From an uncultured Cytophagales bacterium (GTDB taxonomy: Bacteria; Bacteroidota; Bacteroidia; Cytophagales; JAAEPT01): a DNA stretch of 64,000 bases. The notes under the pieces were generated by a model. The model made no database searches. It was not told the DNA's origin and saw nothing but the letters and a program-made list of their open reading frames with translations. The position numbers were made by a program, and so were the translations under genes. Of the stretch, positions 56,983 to 64,000 are shown in pieces; the stretch's first letter is position 1; every line of letters begins with the position of its first letter. Location of the stretch: assembly GCA_964511645.1 (NCBI GenBank), contig CAZEGV010000004.1, positions 1,263-65,262 on the forward strand. The letters are read 5' to 3'.

Positions 56983-58301
56983 AAACATTAAGGAGAATAG
57001 GTAGAGTACTATTAGGACTTTTTTTTCTAGTTACCCTTACGGTAAAACAAATTGATTTCTCTCCTGTACAAACAAAAACGTACTACCAAGAAAGTTTGGC
57101 TCAAATAAAAGAGGTCAATCACGAATCCGTATCACAGTTTGTACAAGTAGGATACGGAAGAAGCTCAATTATGCCTAACAGAGATGAGTTTACTGTCGTA
57201 GGGCACAGAAAAAGAGGAAAAACTACAACTGTAATGGACTCGCTGGCTGTAAACGTCATCCTACTAAATAAAGAAACTATTTTCATCTCCTATGATTTGA
57301 TTATGATTGTTCCTAAATTCAAAAAAGAAGTCACTTTTTTTATTAACGAAAAACACCCTAATATAAAAAACATTTATTTCTCTACCACTCACACTCATAA
57401 TGGCCTAGGGGGGTGGGGAGACAAATTCTTAACGGCTTTCTTATTAGGGAAATATGATAATGAGCAATCTCAACACATCTCTAATCAAACCATTAAAGCC
57501 ATTGTAACAGCTCACAAAAATACCACATCTGCTAGCTTTAATTATTCCCAAAAATCATTTCCTCATCATATTTCCAATCGAATATATGACGATGACAATG
57601 TAGATCCTTATTGGAGATCTTTAGTTTTTACAGATTCCTCTAATCAAAAGATTATATTAAACACTTACCAAGCCCATGCTACTCTCGTCGAGTCCGACAC
57701 AATGATCATCTCTAGAGATTATCCTGGTATGGTTAATGACAAATTAGAAAAAGATACTAACATCATATTTTCTATGTATATGGCGGGAGGAGTAGGCAGT
57801 CATCACCCTCATTGGGACAATTACGGTATCAAAGCACTAAAATCTTATACCTCTTCTATTGCCGACACATTAGTAAACACGTTCTCTAATGAAGAAAGAA
57901 AATTTCAAAATATTGATTTTAATTTTCATACAATAAAACTAAGATTAAACGACCCTGTCTTTAGAATCACACAAAAACTTCAGTTACGCTCTTGGCTATT
58001 TAGCTTGGGCTTGGGCAAAGAAAAAAGTGTAACCATTGATATTTTAAAAATCAATAATACCTATATGATTTCTACCCCTTGTGATATTAGTGGTGAAATT
58101 ACTCGTGAGCTCAATACTCAATTTCCTAATAAAAACATCATACTCACCAGCTTTAACGGGCAATACATTGGTTATATTACTCCAGACCATTATTATATTG
58201 AAAATAGTTATTTTGAAATGATGGAAATGAATTGGTACGGGCCTGGAAACGGTCAATATTTCTACGATGCTATCTCAACTTGGCTTAGTGCTGAAAAATA
58301 A
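56979..58301 (+). CDS. neutral/alkaline ceramidase-like hydrolase (tentative)
   Basis: 440 aa. ATGA overlap with the upstream gene. The STTHTHNGLGG motif resembles the His-rich metal site of neutral ceramidases. Confidence 0.45.
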   Translation: MKTLRRIGRVLLGLFFLVTLTVKQIDFSPVQTKTYYQESLAQIKEVNHESVSQFVQVGYGRSSIMPNRDEFTVVGHRKRGKTTTVMDSLAVNVILLNKETIFISYDLIMIVPKFKKEVTFFINEKHPNIKNIYFSTTHTHNGLGGWGDKFLTAFLLGKYDNEQSQHISNQTIKAIVTAHKNTTSASFNYSQKSFPHHISNRIYDDDNVDPYWRSLVFTDSSNQKIILNTYQAHATLVESDTMIISRDYPGMVNDKLEKDTNIIFSMYMAGGVGSHHPHWDNYGIKALKSYTSSIADTLVNTFSNEERKFQNIDFNFHTIKLRLNDPVFRITQKLQLRSWLFSLGLGKEKSVTIDILKINNTYMISTPCDISGEITRELNTQFPNKNIILTSFNGQYIGYITPDHYYIENSYFEMMEMNWYGPGNGQYFYDAISTWLSAEK

Positions 58302-58371
58302 TCTCTTCTTATTCTTAATAAGAAAAAATATCATATACTATATTCTTAACAATAACTATAAAATTATAACT

Positions 58372-59019
58372 ATGAAAAACGCAAGTAAAGTATTAAGCTT
58401 AGTATTTGTGCTAGGTGCAATGTCATTAAGTGCTCAAAGTATTAACAAAGACAAAGTAAAAGGCTATGAAAAAAATGCTGACAAAACTAAGAATGACATA
58501 GAAAACAAGTTAGACAAAGAAACTACAGCAAAAGTAAAGGGTTACAAAAAAAGTACTGGTAAAATAAAAGCAAAAGGAATCAACAAAGAGCGAAGTGCTG
58601 AATTTCTAAAAAAGAAAGAGCAGTTTAAACAAGCCAAGACTGCACACAAAGCTAAAAAAGCGTTAATGAAAGGAGATGTAAAAGAATTAAGAACTTTATT
58701 AAAATCCGAGAAAGAAGACACTACAGTAGATGTTGCGAAAAAACTAGCTTTAGCAGAAGAAATCAAAGCTCAGAGAGACGAATTATTGATTGGTATGAAA
58801 TTCAAAGAAGAAAAACTGGCTAGCATGAAAGCTAGAATTGCTAGGGTTGAAAAAAAAATAGCTGAAAATCTTAAAAATTTATCTCCAGAAAAAATCACAG
58901 AGGCAAAAGGACTTTTAGAAAAAGCCAATACTAGGATAGCGAAATACGGAAACAATATCACTAAAGAAAAAACACGGCTAAACGGTTTAGACAAACTGCT
59001 TAACAGAGCAACTAAATAA
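58372..59019 (+). CDS. secreted lysine-rich coiled-coil protein
   Basis: Signal peptide MKNASKVLSLVFVLGAMSLSAQS at 58372. The rest is K/E/A-rich heptad-like sequence. The ORF-track start at 58267 is unlikely. Confidence 0.55.
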   Translation: MKNASKVLSLVFVLGAMSLSAQSINKDKVKGYEKNADKTKNDIENKLDKETTAKVKGYKKSTGKIKAKGINKERSAEFLKKKEQFKQAKTAHKAKKALMKGDVKELRTLLKSEKEDTTVDVAKKLALAEEIKAQRDELLIGMKFKEEKLASMKARIARVEKKIAENLKNLSPEKITEAKGLLEKANTRIAKYGNNITKEKTRLNGLDKLLNRATK

Positions 59020-59038
59020 TATTCTCCTTTCACAAAAC

Positions 59039-59071
59039 AGCGTCCGTTGCTAATTAACGGATGCTTTTTTT
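59039..59071 (+). terminator. rho-independent terminator (agcgtccgtt-gctaatt-aacggatgct followed by ttttttt)
   Basis: A 10-bp stem with one G-U pair, followed by a 7-T tract that ends at the base before the next ATG. Confidence 0.55.
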
Positions 59072-59665
59072 ATGGCTTACTACAAATCCGATAGAGCTTT
59101 TACCGATTACGTACACAGTAGATTGGCATTACCCAATATTTATCAGCGTATAGGTTATATTCCTTTTGACTTACCCCCTAGATTAAGTCAAACCTTAGAC
59201 ATTACCAATGGAATAGACTATTCATTTCGAACTCAAAAAGGTGAATTTATCACCATTCAAGAGCGATTTAGAGCTTCTAGGTATTCTAGCTATAACGACA
59301 TCACATTTAGGTACAGGAGGGACAATAATCCCTTTTCCGATAGACGAGAATCTGAATTTTACAAAATAAAAGCAACGCATTTTTTATACGGGATTACTAA
59401 CGGGAACAAAAATGATTTTCAAAAAAGTGTAACAGGATTTCATAAGTTTTGTTTATTTAAAGTACAGCCCATTCTTCAAAAAATGGAAGCTGGAGAAGTT
59501 CTTATTAGCAACAAAATTAAACGCTCTATCATTAATGAAAAAAGATTAATTGTTCCGCATATCCAAAACCATGACGGATCATCTAGCTTTATTGCATTTG
59601 ATGTAAAAATGATGAATGAGCTTTGGGCTGACGAGGTCATTGTCTTTCAAAAAGGTTTTTTTTAA
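59072..59665 (+). CDS. hypothetical protein (orphan)
   Basis: 197-aa ORF. No confident motif. The spacing NGIDY...TIQERFR is weakly reminiscent of a PD-(D/E)xK-type core. Confidence 0.45.
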   Translation: MAYYKSDRAFTDYVHSRLALPNIYQRIGYIPFDLPPRLSQTLDITNGIDYSFRTQKGEFITIQERFRASRYSSYNDITFRYRRDNNPFSDRRESEFYKIKATHFLYGITNGNKNDFQKSVTGFHKFCLFKVQPILQKMEAGEVLISNKIKRSIINEKRLIVPHIQNHDGSSSFIAFDVKMMNELWADEVIVFQKGFF

Positions 59666-59740
59666 TCCGTTTTATTCAAAAAAAAATTCTGAGTCTTATT
59701 CTTATTGCATTTTCGTTCAAAAAGAGCGTAATTTAAAGAT

Positions 59741-61975
59741 ATGGAGTACAACCTAAGTATAAAAGAAGAGAACAAAGCAATTATCCGTGCATACCGTAAG
59801 CTTTTGCGTCATGCCAAACCAATTCTAAAAGAAGGTGACACCAAAGTAATCAAAAAAGCATTTAATGTTGCTGCTGACGCACATCGAGAGATGCGTAGAA
59901 AATCGGGAGAACCTTATATATTCCATCCAATAACCGTGGCTCAAATCTGTGTAGAAGAAATTGGGCTCGGTACAACATCTATCGTAGCCGCTTTACTACA
60001 CGATGTAGTGGAAGACACTCCTATTACCCTCAACGAAATCCAAAAGATGTTTGGCAGAAAGGTCGCTAGAATAATAGATGGTCTAACCAAAATCTCTGGG
60101 GTATTTAAAAACACAGAAGACAAACAAGCAGAAAATATTCGTAAAATCGTAATGACCATGTCTGATGATGTGCGAGTTATACTTATAAAATTAGCCGACA
60201 GACTACACAATATGCGTACGCTAGGTAGTATGCCTCGCCATAAACAACTTAGCATTTCATCCGAAACACTATACATATACTCTCCCCTAGCACATCGTTT
60301 AGGTTTGTACAGCGTCAAAACTGAATTTGAAGATTTGTACTTAAAATACACCGACCCAGAGTATTATGAACTTATCAATAAAAAAATAAGTGAGAATCAA
60401 AGTGAACGTATCACTTTTATCCGAAAATTTATCCGCCCCATACAAAAACAATTACGAGATAAATTTTTCGAGTTTACTATAAAAGGAAGATCCAAATCTG
60501 CTTATTCTATTTGGAAAAAAATGAAATCTAAAAATGTATCTTTTGACGAAGTCTATGATTTATTTGCTATTAGAATTATTATCAAATCATTAAGAGATGA
60601 CGAAAAATCAATGTGTTGGCAAGTTTACTCTGTTGTCACTGACTTCTACAAACCTAACCCCAATAGGCTCAGGGACTGGGTAACCACCCCAAAGGCAAAT
60701 GGTTACGAATCCTTACACACCACCGTGATGTCCAGAAGTGGTAAATGGGTAGAAGTTCAAATTAGAACTGAACGCATGGATGATGTAGCAGAGAGAGGAT
60801 ATGCTGCACACTGGAAATATAAAAATAACGGAAAAGATTCCCCTAAAGACCGAAAAGAGGGGCTAGACATGTGGATGAACCGTGTGCGAAATATGCTACA
60901 CACAGAAGGAAATGCCAAAGAATTTGTAGAAGAATTTAGAACCAACCTTTTTCAAGACGAAATATTTGTTTTCACCCCTCAAGGGGATTTGAATGTAATG
61001 CCTCAATCATCTACCGTGCTAGATTTTGCCTATGAAGTACACACTCAAATTGGTCACAAATGCTTGGGAGCAAAAATTAATCACAAACATGTACCCATTA
61101 ATCATATCTTATCTAATGGAGATCAAGTAGATGTACTCACGTCACCTAATCAAAAACCTTCTAAAGAGTGGTTAAACGTAATCGTAACATCCAAAGCTAG
61201 AAAGCACATTAGAGATTTCTTAAATGAAGAAAAAAGAGAACTTGCACAAAAAGGAAAAGAAATCTTACAGAAAAAATTATTGCAGTATAATATACAACTC
61301 ACCAAAAACTTGGAAAACCGTGTATGCAATATCTTTGACGAACCATCTGTCAAAGCAGTTTACGAACGAATTGGTACAGGGAAAATTGATATTGAAAAAA
61401 TCAACTCTGTGGTGGACGTGCGAAAATTTTTTCCGAAACATATTTTAACAAAAAAAGCCAAAGCATTAAAAATCCGTTTACAAAGCGGTGAAAAATTCAA
61501 TAACTCAGAATTAATATTAGGCGATGAAAGTTATAGCGGAATTCAATATGAACTATCCACCTGCTGTATGCCTATAAAGGATGATGAAATAGTAGGCATC
61601 ATATCACCTAACAAAGGGGTAATCATTCACCGTGCCTCTTGTGCTAAACTTGTAGAAACAATATCTAACTTCCCACATAAAGCCATCAAAAGCTCTTGGT
61701 CTCGACATTTTTCAGATGCATCCATGGCACGCATAAAAATTTGGGGGAAAGATAGAGCATATATCCTTATAGACTTAATTAATATTATCTCTAAGCAAAA
61801 CAACGCTTATATCCAAACAATGAAAGCATCTACAAACCAAGGTTACCTAGAAGATACTTTTGAGCTTCGTGTACAATCCAAACAACACGTAGAAACCATA
61901 ATCAAAAACCTATTAGAAGTGAAAGGAATACTTAGAGTAGATAGATATGATAACGTTGAACTAGAATACTTATAA
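59741..61975 (+). CDS. bifunctional (p)ppGpp synthetase/hydrolase, RelA/SpoT family
   Basis: 744 aa. An HD domain (HPITVAQI..LLHDVVEDT), a synthetase domain (YRSLHTTV-like YESLHTTVM, ERGYAAHWKYK), a TGS domain and an ACT-like C-terminus are present. Confidence 0.9.
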   Translation: MEYNLSIKEENKAIIRAYRKLLRHAKPILKEGDTKVIKKAFNVAADAHREMRRKSGEPYIFHPITVAQICVEEIGLGTTSIVAALLHDVVEDTPITLNEIQKMFGRKVARIIDGLTKISGVFKNTEDKQAENIRKIVMTMSDDVRVILIKLADRLHNMRTLGSMPRHKQLSISSETLYIYSPLAHRLGLYSVKTEFEDLYLKYTDPEYYELINKKISENQSERITFIRKFIRPIQKQLRDKFFEFTIKGRSKSAYSIWKKMKSKNVSFDEVYDLFAIRIIIKSLRDDEKSMCWQVYSVVTDFYKPNPNRLRDWVTTPKANGYESLHTTVMSRSGKWVEVQIRTERMDDVAERGYAAHWKYKNNGKDSPKDRKEGLDMWMNRVRNMLHTEGNAKEFVEEFRTNLFQDEIFVFTPQGDLNVMPQSSTVLDFAYEVHTQIGHKCLGAKINHKHVPINHILSNGDQVDVLTSPNQKPSKEWLNVIVTSKARKHIRDFLNEEKRELAQKGKEILQKKLLQYNIQLTKNLENRVCNIFDEPSVKAVYERIGTGKIDIEKINSVVDVRKFFPKHILTKKAKALKIRLQSGEKFNNSELILGDESYSGIQYELSTCCMPIKDDEIVGIISPNKGVIIHRASCAKLVETISNFPHKAIKSSWSRHFSDASMARIKIWGKDRAYILIDLINIISKQNNAYIQTMKASTNQGYLEDTFELRVQSKQHVETIIKNLLEVKGILRVDRYDNVELEYL

Positions 61976-62025
61976 ACACTACCAATAGTTACAGCCTTCA
62001 TATAGTTTTTACAAAAAATAAACAG

Positions 62026-62033
62026 TATATTTG
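62026..62033 (+). promoter_or_regulatory. Bacteroidota -7 promoter element TATATTTG
   Basis: Match to TAnnTTTG, 22 nt upstream of the ATG at 62055. It overlaps the ORF-track TTG start, which argues against that start. Confidence 0.45.
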
Positions 62034-62054
62034 CTTTTTAGTTTAGACCAAGAT

Positions 62055-62510
62055 ATGGCATTAGACATACAAATATTTGAAGAAGTGAAACAAATCTTCA
62101 CTTCTTTTCTTGAATCCAAAAGTTTAAGAAAAACACCAGAACGATACTCTATACTTGAAGAGATCTACTGTAAAGAAGGACACTTTAATGTTGACAATTT
62201 ATTCATTAGTATGAATAACCGTAACTACAGAGTTAGTCGTGCTACGGTTTATAACACCCTAGACTTATTAGTAGAGTGTGACTTGGTAAGTAAACATCAA
62301 TTTGGCGAAAACCTCGCTCAATACGAGAAATCTTACGGATACAAGCAACACGATCATATTCTCATGACGGATTCTGGGAAAGTATTAGAATTTTGTGACC
62401 CTCGTATTCAAACTATAAAAAGCACATTAGAAGAGATGTTTGACATAGATATCACACATCACTCTTTATATTTCTTTGCAAAAGAAAAAAAGAAAACAGA
62501 TGAAAGTTGA
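62055..62510 (+). CDS. fur: Fur-family transcriptional regulator
   Basis: A winged helix (RKTPERYSILEEIY..ATVYNTLDLLVECDLV) and a metal-site region HDHILMTDSGKVLEFCDPRI are present. Confidence 0.8.
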   Translation: MALDIQIFEEVKQIFTSFLESKSLRKTPERYSILEEIYCKEGHFNVDNLFISMNNRNYRVSRATVYNTLDLLVECDLVSKHQFGENLAQYEKSYGYKQHDHILMTDSGKVLEFCDPRIQTIKSTLEEMFDIDITHHSLYFFAKEKKKTDES

Positions 62511-62811
62511 GACTAACATACAAGGCAACAAAGTAACAGTTTCTCTAGAAGGAGACTTGATAGGTGACCAACACGGTATAGAGTTACTTACAATAATAAA
62601 CAACCTTCTCGACAAAAACTTTTTGGATTTAGAGATAGACTTCAGTGACTTACGATACATGAACAGCACAGGTCTCGGAGTGCTAATCACACTATACACA
62701 AAAGTAAAACGAGTAAAAGGATCACTAAAACTTATAAACATAAACGAGCAAATTGTACGTTTATTTGAAATTACACAATTAGATAAAATATTTGAAATTC
62801 AAGCTAAATAA
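62500..62811 (+). CDS. STAS-domain protein (anti-sigma-factor-antagonist-like)
   Basis: The start MKVETNIQGNKVTVSLEGDLIG at 62500 overlaps the fur stop by 11 nt. The DFSDLRYMNSTGLGVLI motif is typical of SpoIIAA-like STAS proteins. Confidence 0.7.
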   Translation: MKVETNIQGNKVTVSLEGDLIGDQHGIELLTIINNLLDKNFLDLEIDFSDLRYMNSTGLGVLITLYTKVKRVKGSLKLININEQIVRLFEITQLDKIFEIQAK

Positions 62812-62818
62812 TAAAAAA

Positions 62819-64000
62819 ATGGCGGTTGATATACTATTAGGATTACAGTGGGGGGACGAAGGAAAAGGAAAAATCGTAGATTACTTAGCATCTAAATATG
62901 ATGTAGTAGCTCGTTTTCAGGGAGGACCTAACGCAGGTCACACACTAGAATTTGACGGCATCAAACACGTACTACACCAAATTCCATCAGGAATATTTCA
63001 TCCTCACATTACCAATGTAATAGGGAATGGCGTAATACTATCACCTACCATATTCAAAGACGAAGCCGAAAAACTTCTCAAATACGACATAGACATCACC
63101 AAAAACCTATTAATTAGTAAAAAAGCTCAATTAATACTACCTAGTCACCAATACCTAGACGAAGCTTACGAACTAGCCAAAGGAGACAACAAAATCGGTT
63201 CTACAAAAAAAGGAATCGGACCAACTTATCAAGACAAAATCGCAAGACAAGGACTAAGAGTCGGCGACATACTCTCTACCAACTTTGAATCTAAATACAA
63301 AGCATTAGTAGAAAAACACAAAATAATTCTAGACTTCCATAACTATGATTATAACGAATTAGAAGCAAAAGAAAAGACATTTTTCTCAGCTATCGAATTC
63401 TTTAAAAAATTTCAACTAATAGACTCCGAAATATACATAAACGACTGTCTAGCAAAAGGGAAAAGTATTGTAGCAGAAGGAGCTCAAGGCTCATTATTAG
63501 ACATTGACTTTGGTACATATCCATTTGTAACCTCATCTACAACCACCGCAGCGGGTGCCTGTACAGGGCTAGGAATAGCCCCAACCAAAATCGGAAAAGT
63601 ATACGGGATATTCAAAGCCTACTGCACAAGAGTAGGGAGCGGACCATTCCCTACCGAACTATTTGACAAAGATGGAGATGACTTATGTGATGTAGGTAGA
63701 GAATTTGGATCAACAACAGGAAGAAAAAGACGTTGCGGATGGCTCGATATCCCAGCCCTCAAATATGCCATCACACTTAATGGAGTTACCGAACTATTAA
63801 TGATGAAAACAGATGTATTAGATGATTTTGACACCATCAAAGTATGTACCGCTTACAAACTCAAAGACGGCACTCAAACAGATGTGCTACCTTACGATTT
63901 GGACGAAATAGAAAGACCCGTTTATCAAGAGTTTACAGGATGGAAACAAGACCTAACCAAACAAAAATCTTTCAACACATTCCCACAAGCCCTACAAACG
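62819..64000 (+). CDS. purA: adenylosuccinate synthase (3' end outside the window)
   Basis: My translation from ATG at 62819 is MAVDILLGLQWGDEGKGKIVDYLASKYDVVARFQGGPNAGHTL. This is the canonical PurA P-loop and N-terminus, and the frame is open to the window end. It is not in the ORF track because it is edge-truncated. Confidence 0.95.
   Translation, partial: MAVDILLGLQWGDEGKGKIVDYLASKYDVVARFQGGPNAGHTLEFDGIKHVLHQIPSGIFHPHITNVIGNGVILSPTIFKDEAEKLLKYDIDITKNLLISKKAQLILPSHQYLDEAYELAKGDNKIGSTKKGIGPTYQDKIARQGLRVGDILSTNFESKYKALVEKHKIILDFHNYDYNELEAKEKTFFSAIEFFKKFQLIDSEIYINDCLAKGKSIVAEGAQGSLLDIDFGTYPFVTSSTTTAAGACTGLGIAPTKIGKVYGIFKAYCTRVGSGPFPTELFDKDGDDLCDVGREFGSTTGRKRRCGWLDIPALKYAITLNGVTELLMMKTDVLDDFDTIKVCTAYKLKDGTQTDVLPYDLDEIERPVYQEFTGWKQDLTKQKSFNTFPQALQT

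Noticed and set aside
59941-61448. Several short ORFs on both strands within relA/spoT (59941-60351, 60757-60945, 61150-61353, 61224-61448)
   Set aside because: All are nested in a 744-aa ORF with complete RelA/SpoT domain motifs.

Overview
This is a 64-kb chromosomal window from an AT-rich Bacteroidota genome, probably a Flavobacteriia member. That placement rests on a T9SS C-terminal sorting domain on a GH9 enzyme, TAnnTTTG -7 promoter motifs, and DUF5686/DUF2339-type genes. I support about 55 protein genes, one tRNA-Arg(ACG), several intrinsic terminators and no rRNA, CRISPR array or transposase. Most genes are core housekeeping: nadE, an E2 acyltransferase, trmH, parC, hemF, plsC, gatC, prfB, mnmE, recQ, nagA, pgk, fabD, gltX, relA/spoT, fur and purA. 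Two edge-truncated genes are missing from the ORF track: a metzincin-like protease at 1-1009 (-) and purA at 62819-64000 (+). The ORF track also misses the 5' part of prfB, which carries the classical programmed +1 frameshift (CTT TGA C at 25259-25265). The best candidate for an undescribed system is a two-gene minus-strand cassette at 28558-30440. It encodes a soluble KAP-family P-loop NTPase plus a 275-aa protein with no recognisable motif, and it sits between mnmE and recQ with zero spacing to the mnmE stop. Other points worth a second look: (1) a dispersed ~90-110-bp structured repeat family, five clear copies plus degenerate relatives, mostly placed right after stop codons; (2) a 417-aa orphan with a lysine-rich histone-H1-like linker; (3) a lipoprotein gene interrupted by an in-frame TAG followed by 112 open codons; (4) an arsR-DUF6428-arsC cluster with no efflux pump; (5) an orphan HicB-like ORF beside the tRNA; (6) a 197-aa orphan that starts at the last base of a terminator T-tract. 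All functional calls come from motif recognition by eye. No database search was run.
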